Shown here in pieces: positions 1-9,873 of a DNA stretch of 64,000 nucleotides (positions within the stretch are counted from its first letter, which is position 1; each line of letters opens with the position of its first letter). The stretch spans positions 2,304,001-2,368,000 of the forward strand of contig CBDEFM010000002.1 of assembly GCA_965237415.1 (NCBI GenBank), read 5' to 3'. The position numbers were made by a program, and so were the translations under genes. The stretch comes from Alphaproteobacteria bacterium. GTDB taxonomy: Bacteria > Pseudomonadota > Alphaproteobacteria > UBA828. Under the pieces are notes generated by a model. That model ran no database searches, was not told the DNA's origin, and was given only the letters and a program-made list of their open reading frames with translations.

Positions 1-561
1 CCCGTGCTGCACCGCCTTGCATACGAGGTCGCCGACGACCTCAGGGTGCGCCGCGCCGAGGCCGGCGCGGACAGGATGCGGGGCTTCGCCGCGTTCGCCT
101 ACGCCGCCCGCTCCTGGAGCCGCCAGCGCCGGGTCGTCGCCCGGCTGGAGGCGACCGCGCGGGGCTTCGACGCCCGCTACATCGTCACCTCGCTCGGCGG
201 AGACGCCCGCCATCTCTACGAAGATATCTACTGCGCCCGCGGCCAGGCCGAGAACCTCATCAAGCTGCACAAGGGCCAGCTCGCGTCGGACCGCACCTCC
301 TGCCAGAGCCCGCTCGCCAACCAGTTCCGCCTCGTCCTGCACACCGCGGCCTACTGGCTGATGCTCGCCCTCCGCGATGCCGTGCCCCGCAGGATGCCGC
401 TCGCCTGGGCCGAGTTCGCGACCCTCAGGGCGCGCCTGCTCAAGATCGGCGCCCGCGTCGTCGAGAGGGCCGCCCGCATCCGCATCCACTTCGCTTCGGC
501 CTGTCCGGACGCCGCCCTGTTCCGCCTGCTGGCGGGGCGCCTCGCGGCCTCGGGCCCCTGA
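1..561 (+). CDS. IS1380-family transposase (C-terminal part; gene starts before the window)
   Basis: Motifs W..RRVVARLE, YCARGQAENLIK, SDRTSC, NQFRL.LH..AY; clearly homologous to the 446-aa transposase at 11481-12821. Confidence 0.9.
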   Translation, partial: PVLHRLAYEVADDLRVRRAEAGADRMRGFAAFAYAARSWSRQRRVVARLEATARGFDARYIVTSLGGDARHLYEDIYCARGQAENLIKLHKGQLASDRTSCQSPLANQFRLVLHTAAYWLMLALRDAVPRRMPLAWAEFATLRARLLKIGARVVERAARIRIHFASACPDAALFRLLAGRLAASGP

Positions 562-713
562 TCGCCGGGGCGCCGTGCCCCGAGAACCCGAGCCCGTTCA
601 ACCCCAAACCCAGACACCGCCAACCTCAAATACCGACGCCCCAAGGCGCCGAACACAAAGCCATGCGCGCATAAAATCAACCGATAAACTCCGCCTCCGA
701 TGAATAGGTCAGG
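1..713 (+). mobile_element. IS1380-family element A (right part); right IR at 701-713 reads CCTGACCTATTCA on the minus strand, followed by CTAG
   Basis: The terminus resembles the IRs of the second IS1380 (CCCGAAyTATTCA) and lies about 150 bp after the transposase stop. Confidence 0.75.
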
Positions 714-729
714 CTAGTCAGGGGCTGGC

Positions 730-1058
730 TTGAACCGTGGCTGCGCCCTCCCTTCGCTCAACATGGGTTGAATTTCTTGCTCGCCTGCACCCGGTGCGAC
801 AAGTGCATCGAGGCCTGCGATTTCGGCGTGCTGTTCAGGCTGCCGACGGATCTGGGTGCGTATGCCCATTCGTGTCCGGTGCCGGGCGCGCTTGAGTGGG
901 AAGGCGGGGTCAGGCCCGCCATCAACGAGGCGCGCTGCACGGGCTGCGCGATGTGCTGCGAAGCCTGCATCGTCGATCCCAAGGCGGTCGCGGTCTCCGC
1001 CCTCGTCCCCGACGAAGAGGACCAGGCGGCGGCTCGGACTCAGAACTCGATGATCTGA
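730..1058 (+). pseudogene. NapF/NapG/MauM-like 4Fe-4S ferredoxin remnant (5' end cut at the IS1380 end; probable internal deletion)
   Basis: PWLRPPFA...FLLACTRCDKCIEAC and CTGCAMCCEAC motifs; no ATG or RBS between the IS end and the LRPP motif; only about 100 codons. Confidence 0.55.
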
Positions 1059-1804
1059 CCGCGCGCGAGTTGCCGCGGCTGGCTGCGCCAAGATCGCGCG
1101 CCGACCTCGCGCATGATCGTCTCGTGGGTGCTGGGCTTCATGTGGGTGAGCAGGATTTCGGCCGGCCGTTCGAGCTTTTCGAGCTCTTCGGCCAACAGCT
1201 TCGGGCACAGATGACCGGACGCCTCGGCGATCCACTGCTGCTCGTCGCCGTACGAGGTCTCGACGATTAGGTGTTTGAGGTTTCCGATTTTGTTGACCGC
1301 GCGCCACAGCGAATCGCACGGGCCGGTATCGCCGCTGAACACCAGGCTCGCCCGGCCGCTGTCCAAGTGGTAGCCCACCGCCGGAACGGTATGCGCTACG
1401 GGCAGCGCGGTGAAGTGGCGGCCCTTCACCTCCATCGCCTCGCCGATCGCCAGCGTGGCGTAGCGCAAGAATGGCCGCTCGGGCGTGGGAATTCGCGTGA
1501 AATCCGGCCAGATTTCGTTGTTGAAGACGTGGCGGGCGAGGGCGTCGAGAGTCTCCGTCGTGCCATGCACCACCAGCGGCTCGGCCCGCGCCGCGATCGT
1601 TGCATCGATCAACATCGGCAAGAATCCAGTGTGATCGACGTGGGCGTGGGTAAGAAAGACGTCGGTAACCCGCGCGAGTTCGGCCGCCGCCAAATCGCCA
1701 ACGCCCGTGCCGCAATCGATTACCACGTCGTCATCGACGAGAAACGACGTGGTGCGAAGCTCACCGCCGATCCCGCCGTCGCAACCCAGACATCGAAATC
1801 GCAT
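1040..1804 (-). CDS. Class II 3',5'-cyclic-nucleotide phosphodiesterase (MBL fold)
   Basis: LGCDGGIG, IDCGTG, THAHVDH, H..PAVGY, FSGDTG, SGHLCP and THMKP motifs. Confidence 0.75.
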   Translation of the reverse strand: MRFRCLGCDGGIGGELRTTSFLVDDDVVIDCGTGVGDLAAAELARVTDVFLTHAHVDHTGFLPMLIDATIAARAEPLVVHGTTETLDALARHVFNNEIWPDFTRIPTPERPFLRYATLAIGEAMEVKGRHFTALPVAHTVPAVGYHLDSGRASLVFSGDTGPCDSLWRAVNKIGNLKHLIVETSYGDEQQWIAEASGHLCPKLLAEELEKLERPAEILLTHMKPSTHETIMREVGARSWRSQPRQLARGQIIEF

Positions 1805-1880
1805 GCCGCGTCTCCGTGAGCGAGGGCCGCGGAAGTAACTACGCGGCGCTCAGGCGGTCGGCATTATGGCATATGGCGGT

Positions 1881-2747
1881 TTAGCCGCTGACGAGCCTTG
1901 CGCGAGCGTCCGCCGGCGCGCTTGAATCGCGGTCCGTTTGCTCTTGGTGGCGGCCGGACCTTTGTTCGTGGACGATGTCGGCGAGGATCGAGAGCGCGAT
2001 TTCTTCCGGCGTCACCGCCCCGATGTCGGCCCCGGCGGGCGAGCGGATTCGCGCGACCGCCGCCGGGTCCAACCCGTCGTCGAGTAGATCGCGTTTGAGT
2101 TGTGCGGCCTTCTTGCGGCTCGCGACGAGGGCGACGTAGGCCGATCCCGTGGCGTCGGCGAAACGAAGCGCCTCGCGGTCTCGCTTCCCCTGTGAGGCGA
2201 CGACGACGAAACTCGACGTTGGCCGGATGGCCTGTTCCGGATCGAAGCCCGCGATACGGTGGTCGCAATCGGGGAACAGATCCAGGTCTTCGGGCATGGC
2301 GGCAACGGTAACGGCGTAGCCGACGCGCTTGCCAAGATCGCACACCGCCCGTGCCACCTGGGACGCGCCGAGGACGATCAGCGACGGGCGCGGCAGCACC
2401 GGCTCGACGAAAATCTCGACCGTTCCCCCCGTTGCACAGTGGTTGTCGAAGTCTTCCGTCCGCTTTTCGCCGTCGATTTCGGTGACCGCGCCATCGTTTG
2501 GGCGGACCCTGATGAACCGGGCGCGGCCGTCGCTCAGCGTGCGCGACGCGGTCTTCTTCACCGCCCCCAGGGTGCATCCGCCACCGATCCAGCCCATCAC
2601 GCTGCCGTCGCCACCAACGACGGCCTTCGCCCCTTCGCGCGCCGAGGCGCCGCCGCTCACATGCACCACCGTCGCGACCGCGAAGGGTTGTCCGTCCCCC
2701 TTCATCCGCGCCATGCAATCGATGACGTCTTCGGGTTCCTTGGACAC
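1881..2747 (-). CDS. coxF: XdhC/CoxF-family Moco chaperone
   Basis: GWIGGGC, CATGGTVEIFVEP and IGAVTPEEIALSILA motifs; GTG start with GGAGG; directly downstream of coxL. Confidence 0.8.
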   Translation of the reverse strand: MSKEPEDVIDCMARMKGDGQPFAVATVVHVSGGASAREGAKAVVGGDGSVMGWIGGGCTLGAVKKTASRTLSDGRARFIRVRPNDGAVTEIDGEKRTEDFDNHCATGGTVEIFVEPVLPRPSLIVLGASQVARAVCDLGKRVGYAVTVAAMPEDLDLFPDCDHRIAGFDPEQAIRPTSSFVVVASQGKRDREALRFADATGSAYVALVASRKKAAQLKRDLLDDGLDPAAVARIRSPAGADIGAVTPEEIALSILADIVHEQRSGRHQEQTDRDSSAPADARARLVSG

Positions 2748-2782
2748 GCACCCTCCGTATGGCGAAGCGCCCGAGCCGCGAT

Positions 2783-5182
2783 CTATTTGTTGAGGCCCAG
2801 CTCGTTCAGCGTCTGCCAAACCCGCCACTGCGTGTGCGGCATCGGCATATGGGTCACGCCATGATGCGCGAACGCATCGACGATGGCGTTGGCGAATGCC
2901 GGGACGCCGCCGACGTTGGGCGATTCGCCGATGCCTTTGGCGCCGATCGGGTGATGGGGGCTCTCGGTGACGGTGAAGTCCGTCTCCCATTCCGGCGTCT
3001 CGACGGCGCTTGGCAGGAAATAGTCCATGAGGCTTGCGCCCAGGACGTTCCCGGTTTCGTCGTAGACGATCTCTTGGCCCAGGGCGATGGCGTAGGCCTC
3101 GGCGAGGCCGCCGTGAATCTGGCCCTCGATCACCATGGGGTTGATCCGGGTGCCGCAATCGTCGAGCGCGAAGAAGCGCCGCACCGCTACATCGCCGGTG
3201 AAGCGGTCGATATCGACGACGCAGATATAGGCGCCGAAGGGATAGGTGAAGTTGGGTGGATTGTAATAGTCGGTGGTCTCAAGGCCGTGTTCCATGCCGT
3301 CGGGGACATTGGAATAAGCGGCCATTGCGATGTCCTTCATGGTCATCGAAACGTCGGTCCCCGGGACCTGGAAGCGGTCGATCTCCCATTCCAGGTCGTT
3401 GGCGCTGACCTCCAGCACGTGGGCCGCGATCTTTTGCGCCTTGGCCTTGATCTTGCGCGCGGCGCGCGCCGTGGCGGCGCCGGCGACCGGCGTCGAGCGT
3501 GAGCCGTAGGTGCCGAGCCCGTAGGGCGCGGTATCGGTGTCACCTTCCTCGACCGTGATGTTGTCGGACGGGAGCCCGAGTTCGGTCGCGATGATCTGGG
3601 CGAACGTGGTTTCGTGGCTTTGACCCGTGGACTTGGTGCCCAGCCGCGCGATCACGCTGCCCGTCGGATGGACCCTGATCTCGCACGAATCGAACATCCC
3701 AAGTCCGACGATATCGCAGTTGCGCACCGGGCCGGCGCCGACGATCTCGGTGAAGGTGGAGACGCCGATGCCCATCAATTCGCCGCGCTCGCGTTTCTCC
3801 GCCTGCTCCGCGCGCAGGCCGGCGTAGTCGACGGCTTCCATGGCTTTCTTCAGCGCCGTCGGATAGTCGCCCGAATCGTATTCCCAGCCGAGGCACGAGT
3901 TGTACGGGAACTGGTCGGGCTGCACGAAGTTGCGGAGCCGGATCTCGGCCTTATCGACGCCGGTTTTCTGGGCCAGGATGTCGATCAAGCGTTCGATCAG
4001 GTAGGCCGCCTCGGTGACCCGGAACGAACAGCGGTACGCCACGCCGCCGGGCGCCTTGTTGGTGTAGACGCCGTCGACTTTTACGTGGCCCACGGGGATG
4101 TCGTAGCTTCCGGTCACGATATTGAACAGCCCGGCGGGCCACTTCATCGGCTGTGCGTGCGTATTGAAGGCGCCGTGATCGGCGAGCACGTTGACCCGGA
4201 CCGCCTTGATCTTGCCGTCCTTGTCGGCCGCCAGCTCTCCCGTCATGTGATAGTCGCGGGCGAAGGCGGTGGTGGATAGATTGTCGATCCGGCTCTCGAC
4301 CCACTTGACCGGATGGCCGGTGACGATCGAGGCCGCCGCCGCGCAGATATAGCCCGGATAGGCGCCGACCTTGTTGCCGAAACCGCCGCCGATATCGGGC
4401 GAGACAATGCGGATGTTGCTTTCCGTCAGGCCGGTTATCAGCGAGACCACGGTGCGCACGACGTGGGGCGCCTGGAAGGTGCCATAGACCGTGAGCTTGC
4501 CGTTCACCGCGTCCATATCGGCGACGCAACAACACGTCTCCAAGGGCGCCGGGTGGCAGCGCGGATAGGCGATCTCTTCCTTGATGGTGACCGCGGCGGC
4601 CTCGAAGGCGGCGTCGGTCGCATCCTTGTCGCCGACCTGCCACTCGAAAATGTGGTTCGGGTGGTGGCGCTTCCCCTGGCCGACCTCGTCGTTTTCCGCG
4701 ACGTCATCGCGAATCACGGGCGCATCGTCGTCGAGCGCCGTCTTGGGATCGATGAGGGGCGGCAAAGCCTCGTACTCGACCTCGACCTTTTGTACGCCGT
4801 CGGTCGCCGCGTAGCGGTCGGTCGCGACGACGAACGCGATTTCCTGATTCTGAAAATGCACCTTCTTGTCGGCCAGGACGGCGGCCATGTCCCCGGCCAA
4901 GGTCGGCATCCAATGCAGGCTCAAAGGCTCCAGTTCTTTGGCCGTCACGACGGCAAGAACGCCGGGGACTTTCAGCGCCGCTTCGGTGTCGATTGATTTG
5001 ATTAGCGCGTGGGCATGGGAGCTGCGCACGAAATCCCCGTGCAACATGCCTTTCAGCTTTATGTCGTCGACGTAGTTGCCTTTGCCCCGAATAAAGCGGG
5101 CATCCTCTTTGCGCTTGCGCGCGGTCCCGATGCCGCCAATCGATGCCTCGCGCTCTTCCAGCGTCATTGCCTCGCTCATCAC
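2783..5182 (-). CDS. coxL: Aerobic CO dehydrogenase large subunit, form I
   Basis: Form I active-site loop AYRCSFR; [21 protein letters not shown]; 799 aa. Confidence 0.95.
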   Translation of the reverse strand: MMSEAMTLEEREASIGGIGTARKRKEDARFIRGKGNYVDDIKLKGMLHGDFVRSSHAHALIKSIDTEAALKVPGVLAVVTAKELEPLSLHWMPTLAGDMAAVLADKKVHFQNQEIAFVVATDRYAATDGVQKVEVEYEALPPLIDPKTALDDDAPVIRDDVAENDEVGQGKRHHPNHIFEWQVGDKDATDAAFEAAAVTIKEEIAYPRCHPAPLETCCCVADMDAVNGKLTVYGTFQAPHVVRTVVSLITGLTESNIRIVSPDIGGGFGNKVGAYPGYICAAAASIVTGHPVKWVESRIDNLSTTAFARDYHMTGELAADKDGKIKAVRVNVLADHGAFNTHAQPMKWPAGLFNIVTGSYDIPVGHVKVDGVYTNKAPGGVAYRCSFRVTEAAYLIERLIDILAQKTGVDKAEIRLRNFVQPDQFPYNSCLGWEYDSGDYPTALKKAMEAVDYAGLRAEQAEKRERGELMGIGVSTFTEIVGAGPVRNCDIVGLGMFDSCEIRVHPTGSVIARLGTKSTGQSHETTFAQIIATELGLPSDNITVEEGDTDTAPYGLGTYGSRSTPVAGAATARAARKIKAKAQKIAAHVLEVSANDLEWEIDRFQVPGTDVSMTMKDIAMAAYSNVPDGMEHGLETTDYYNPPNFTYPFGAYICVVDIDRFTGDVAVRRFFALDDCGTRINPMVIEGQIHGGLAEAYAIALGQEIVYDETGNVLGASLMDYFLPSAVETPEWETDFTVTESPHHPIGAKGIGESPNVGGVPAFANAIVDAFAHHGVTHMPMPHTQWRVWQTLNELGLNK

Positions 5183-5667
5183 TCAGCTCCCTCGGCCTGA
5201 TTCAGCGTGTCCGCGGCGGATCGAATCGCCTTGACGATGTTCTGGTATCCCGTACAGCGGCACAGGTTTCCGGAAATGCCGACGCGGATTTCCTCGTCGG
5301 TCGGGTTTGGGTTCTCCTGCAAAAGCCGATAGGCGCGCGTCAGCATGCCCGGCGTGCAGTAACCGCACTGAAGCCCATGGCTGTCGGCGAAGCTTTGCTG
5401 GAGCGGGTGGAGCTCCGCGCCGTTGGCAAGTCCCTCGACGGTCAACAGCTCGCCACCGGCCGCCTGCACGGCGAATACGGTGCAGGCCTTGACCGACCTG
5501 CCGTTGAGATCGACCGTACAGGCGCCGCAATGGCTGGTCTCGCAACCGATGTGGGGGCCGGTGATGCTGAGGTCTTCGCGCAGGAAATGAATGAGCAGCG
5601 TCCGTGGCTCGACCTCGGCCTCGACCGCGGCGCCATTGATTGTCAGCGCTATCTTCGATTTCGACAT
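5179..5667 (-). CDS. coxS: CO dehydrogenase small (2Fe-2S) subunit
   Basis: [28 protein letters not shown]; lies between coxM and coxL. Confidence 0.95.
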   Translation of the reverse strand: MSKSKIALTINGAAVEAEVEPRTLLIHFLREDLSITGPHIGCETSHCGACTVDLNGRSVKACTVFAVQAAGGELLTVEGLANGAELHPLQQSFADSHGLQCGYCTPGMLTRAYRLLQENPNPTDEEIRVGISGNLCRCTGYQNIVKAIRSAADTLNQAEGAE

Positions 5668-5670
5668 GGC

Positions 5671-6540
5671 CTAGCTCCCCCCCGCGCGGCTCAGAGCCTC
5701 ACGAATGGCCCGAGCGGTCATCTGTCCCGCCATCGCCCTCCGGTATTCGACCGGGCCCCGCAGATCTTCGGCCGGGCTGCAATCGGCCATTGCCGCTTCG
5801 GCAGCCGCCTTGGTCGCGTTGGCATCCACGGGCGTCCCCGTGATCGCGTCGGCCGCCGCCGCCGACAACAGGGCGGTATCGCCGACGTTGGTCAAAGCGA
5901 TGGCGGCGTCGGTGCATTTGCCTCCGGCCATGGACAACGTCACGGCCGCCGCCGCAATGGCGTAGTCGCCGACCTTGCGCTTTAATTTTTGATAGGACAT
6001 GCCGGTGCCCGCGGCGGGGACCGGGATTCGAATCTCGGTCAGCAGCTCGTTCTCGTCCAATGCGGTGTCGTAGACGCCTTGGTAGAACGCCCTGGCGGCG
6101 ATTTGCCGCGACCCATCCGCGCTCTTGAGCGCGAAACTCGCGTCGAGCGCCATCATCACCGCCGGATAGTCGTTGCCGGGGTCTCCGTTGGCGCAGTTGC
6201 CGCCGACGGTGCCACAGTTGCGCACCTGGGGGTCGCCGATCTGGGCCGCCGCCTCGGGCACGAGGGGGCACTTGCCGGCCAAGAGGTCGGAGGCCAGAAC
6301 CTCGGCTTGGGTCGTCCCCGCGGCGATCACGATCGCGTCCCCGTCCTCGCGGATGCCGCGCAACTCGGCGATGCCGTTGATGTCGATCAGATGCGCCGGC
6401 TCCGCCAGGCGCAGCTTCATCATCGGGATCAGGCTATGGCCACCGGCCAGCACTTTGCCCTCGCCGCCGAATCGGCCAATAAGCTCCAGCGCCTGGCCAA
6501 CGGTATTGGGGCGATAGTATTCGAATACACCCGGCGTCAT
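5671..6540 (-). CDS. coxM: CO dehydrogenase medium (FAD) subunit
   Basis: AGGHSLIPMMKLR, DPQVRNCGTVGGN, KLKRKVGD; ATG at 6540 with GGAGG RBS; M-S-L gene order. Confidence 0.93.
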   Translation of the reverse strand: MTPGVFEYYRPNTVGQALELIGRFGGEGKVLAGGHSLIPMMKLRLAEPAHLIDINGIAELRGIREDGDAIVIAAGTTQAEVLASDLLAGKCPLVPEAAAQIGDPQVRNCGTVGGNCANGDPGNDYPAVMMALDASFALKSADGSRQIAARAFYQGVYDTALDENELLTEIRIPVPAAGTGMSYQKLKRKVGDYAIAAAAVTLSMAGGKCTDAAIALTNVGDTALLSAAAADAITGTPVDANATKAAAEAAMADCSPAEDLRGPVEYRRAMAGQMTARAIREALSRAGGS

Positions 6541-6708
6541 GATCGCCTCCCAAAGGCTGTGCGTCGATTCGTGGGCTCGCGGCCGCGGCACACCGTGCCG
6601 CTTCGCCCATTCGACCTTGTTTATGCCGTTATTTTACGCCCGCCCGCCGCCGCGGATCAAACCCAATCCGTCTGGCGGCCCTCAAGGCGCCGTCACGGCG
6701 GGCGGCGT

Positions 6709-7467
6709 TCAGTGCGCCATCAGCACGGGCACCGTCGTATGGCCGAGGACGTGGTGGGTGGCGCCGCCGAACGCGACCTCGCGCAGCCGCGAGTGCCCGT
6801 ACGCCCCCATGACCACCAGGTCCGCCCCGCACATGTCGGCGGCCTCGACCAACGCATCGCCTACGTGAGCGTCCGGCGCGACCTCGTGATGTCCCTGGGC
6901 CCTGACCCCATGGCGCGACAGGTAAGTCAAGAACTCGCTGGTGGCAAACCCACCCATCTTCGGCGCGTGTACGGTGACGACGGTGACCTCATCCGCCTTC
7001 TCCAGGATGGGCAGGGAATCGGCGACGGCCCTCGATGCCTCCCTCGTCTGGGTCCACGCGACCAAGACGTGCTTGCCCACCACCGATAGTCCGTTGCAAT
7101 CGCGTACGACCACCACCGGTTTCCCGGATGCGATTACAAGCTCCTCGGCGAGACTGGGGCCCGACATGCGCGAGCCTTGGGAATGTCCCGCGATGACGAC
7201 ATCGGTCAACTGGGCGTGCAGCGCCATGATCGTGTGCGGCTCGCCGAAGTAGCCACAGAAATCGGCATCGATGCCGGCATCCGCGGTCCGTTTTACGGAA
7301 CGCCTCCTCGGGCGCCGCCAGGGCCTTCTCGCGGTCGTCGGCCAGGTGAGAAGGAAACGTGTAGTTGGCCGTGATATGGGCATCGTGCGCCTTGGCCAGC
7401 GCGATCGCGATGCCCATGCGCGTCTCGCTCTGCGGGCTCTCGTCCAGATGGACGAGGATGTCCTTAA
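6709..7467 (-). pseudogene. Universal stress protein (tandem UspA), frameshifted near 7285 and 5'-truncated by the IS1380 left end
   Basis: KDILVHLDESPQSETR...AH in one frame, then VLVAW...DLVVMGAYGHSRLRE..FGGATHHVL in another; the start codon is replaced by the IS IR at 7468. Confidence 0.8.
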
Positions 7468-7639
7468 CCCGAACTATTCAGTGCGCCGTGGAAAGGCGCC
7501 GTCCCTCAGCGGGTGCGAACCCCGCCCGGCAACAGTCGCTCCAGCCGGTAGCAATCGGAGCGGTTGAAGGAGGCAACGACTTCGACTGAAGCACTTCGGT
7601 GTAACGGGCCGCCCTGGGCGGCTCAGCGACCATGCGGGC

Positions 7640-9552
7640 GTGTGCCAGGCTAACTGGCAGAGGATAGCCGGTGAGAGTCCGGTAGGGAGTAGAGGTTAAC
7701 CACCACTCTCGCCCCGAGTCATGCGCCGGTCGTCGCGAGGCGGCAGGTGAAGCGTTGACAGGGGTGCGGATGGGCAGGGCAACGGAGCATCGAAAGGTTG
7801 CTTGTCTGGAGAGCCGAGACTGTGCCTGCGGTCGAAGGCAACACCGACATCGCCGATATGGTGAGGGGATGTTGGGCTCCACGGTGTCGAAGAACCCATG
7901 CACGTTCGTACGTCCTCATTGCCGGGACCTGGGAGGTCTCCATTTTGCCCCGAAGTCGTAACGGGGCCGCAAAGGAAAGGATGTATCCGTAACCGATGAC
8001 GTACGGAATGGAGAAGTCGGATGAGGGAATAGTACCGATGAAAGCGACGAACAAGGGCGCGCAAGCGCCTGCGGAGTCGCCGGAGGGAAGTGCCTCAACC
8101 AAGGGGAATCTGCGAGATCAAAGCACGTGCCGGACGCAGTGTCGGGAAAGCGTGTCACAGGCGGTCGCGTGGATACGGCAGGCTGTAACGAGGAAACCGC
8201 AGGAGAAACTCACTGCGCTGCTACACCATGTCACGATAGATGCCCTGACGTGGGCGTTCTTCGAGTTGAAGAAGGACGCCTCGGCGGGGGTGGATGGGAT
8301 GACGTGGGGAGAGTACGAGGACGGGCTGGAAGAGCGGCTGCTCGACCTTCACGGACGCGTGCACTCGGGAGCGTATCGGGCGCGGCCATCCCGGCGGGTC
8401 GAAATACCCAAACCGGATGGCGGGACACGACCGCTCGGCATTGCCGCACTGGAAGACAAGATTGTCCAGAAAGCGGTGGTGGAAGTTATCCTGACGCCAA
8501 TTTACGAGCCGGATTTTCTCGGGTTCAGCTATGGGTTCCGACCGGGGCGTGGGGCGCACGACGCGCTTGATGCTCTGGCCTTCGGGATAGAACGGCGCAA
8601 GGTCAACTGGATAGTGGACTGTGACATCCGCGGATTTTTCGACAATGTCTCTCGGGACTGGCTGGTCCGGTTCCTTGAGGATCGCATCGGAGACAAGCGG
8701 GTCATCAGGCTGTTCGCCAAATGGCTGAATGCCGGCGTCATGGAAGATGGCGAGTGGCGGGATAACTTGCGAGGAACGCCTCAGGGCGCGGTGGCTTCAC
8801 CGATTCTCGCGAACATCTACCTGCACTACGTACTCGACCTCTGGTTCCAGAGGGAATGGCGCACCCGTGTGGCCACGGGGGAAACAATCATCGTGCGGTA
8901 TGCTGATGACTTCGTGGTCGGGTTCCAGCGCAAACAGGACGCGGAGCGGTTTCTCCACGATCTCAAGGAAAGGCTGGGCCAGTTTGAGCTTGAGTTGCAT
9001 CCAGACAAGACCCGACTCATCGAGTTTGGCAGGTTCGCGATGGCGGACCGCCGGGCACGAGGGGAACGGCGACCGGAGACCTTCGATTTCCTTGGATTCA
9101 CGCACTATTGCAGGAAGAAGAGGAACGGGAAATTCGGACTGGGGCGCAAGCCGATAGCGAAGCGGGTCACGCGGACCCTGAATCGGATCAAAGGGGAGCT
9201 CCGTAAGCGGATGCACGAAGATGTCCACGAAACCGCGCGCTGGCTGGGTCAGGTGGTCAATGGATGGCTGAACTATTTCGCCGTCCCGACCAGCAGCTCG
9301 GCCGCAAGGGGGTTTGTGCGGCGGCTCTCATGGATCTGGGTGAATGTCCTGCGAAGACGGTCACAGAAGGACCGGACCACGATCGCCGATGTCGTGCGCA
9401 TTGCCGCATTGCATTGGCCACCCGTCCAGGTTCGGCACCCTTGGCCGACGGTGCGTTTTGCCGTCAAACACCCGAGGTAGGAGCCCCGTGCCCCACCGGG
9501 CATGCGGGGATCTGAGCGGGGGGAGCGGGGTAACCCGCTTCCCTACCGCGAC
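7640..9552 (+). ncRNA. Group II intron, inner, copy 1 (class E-like; tentative), inserted in domain I of the outer intron
   Basis: 5' GTGTG; DV GAGCcccgtg...gcggggatctgagcgggggg just after the RT stop; 3' end CCCTACCGCGAC; EBS1 GCCTGC (7824-7829) pairs with IBS1 GCGGGC (7634-7639) with one G-U. Confidence 0.88.
7996..9480 (+). CDS. ltrA: Group II intron reverse transcriptase/maturase (inner intron, no endonuclease domain)
   Basis: AGVDG, IPKPDGGTRPLGI, SYGFRPGR, GTPQG, RYADD, FDFLGF. Confidence 0.95.
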   Translation: MTYGMEKSDEGIVPMKATNKGAQAPAESPEGSASTKGNLRDQSTCRTQCRESVSQAVAWIRQAVTRKPQEKLTALLHHVTIDALTWAFFELKKDASAGVDGMTWGEYEDGLEERLLDLHGRVHSGAYRARPSRRVEIPKPDGGTRPLGIAALEDKIVQKAVVEVILTPIYEPDFLGFSYGFRPGRGAHDALDALAFGIERRKVNWIVDCDIRGFFDNVSRDWLVRFLEDRIGDKRVIRLFAKWLNAGVMEDGEWRDNLRGTPQGAVASPILANIYLHYVLDLWFQREWRTRVATGETIIVRYADDFVVGFQRKQDAERFLHDLKERLGQFELELHPDKTRLIEFGRFAMADRRARGERRPETFDFLGFTHYCRKKRNGKFGLGRKPIAKRVTRTLNRIKGELRKRMHEDVHETARWLGQVVNGWLNYFAVPTSSSAARGFVRRLSWIWVNVLRRRSQKDRTTIADVVRIAALHWPPVQVRHPWPTVRFAVKHPR

Positions 9553-9873
9553 CGCAACGCGAGTGAACGCCGAGCAGGCCTCGAAACGGGCAACGCGGAG
9601 GCCGACCCGCCTGAATAACGGGGAAGGCTGCCATCGGTCGGGAAGAGGGCGACGCGCGCACCGACCGGCTCCGCCGGGGTAGTGGCGGCGGCACGCATGG
9701 AAGAGGGGGACGGTGGCAACACGGGAAGCCCTGTCGGTGGTGTGTACGCACCAACCGGAACCCCGCGAGGGGCAGGCCGGGCCGGCAGGGTGGCGGAGGG
9801 GCTTGTATTACCGCGGATGCCGGGTAACGCCGGCGGAGGGAAGGAGCCCTGGTTCGAGAGCGATACGGGAAGG

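Noticed and set aside
7595-7600. TTCGG as EBS2 pairing with CCGAA of the IS IR
   Set aside because: Only 5 bp and not clearly at the EBS2 position; it cannot be supported without a structure model.
9682-9873. 64-aa N-terminal extension of the outer RT (513-aa ORF call)
   Set aside because: It overlaps structured ribozyme domains of the intron; RT homology begins after about 9874.
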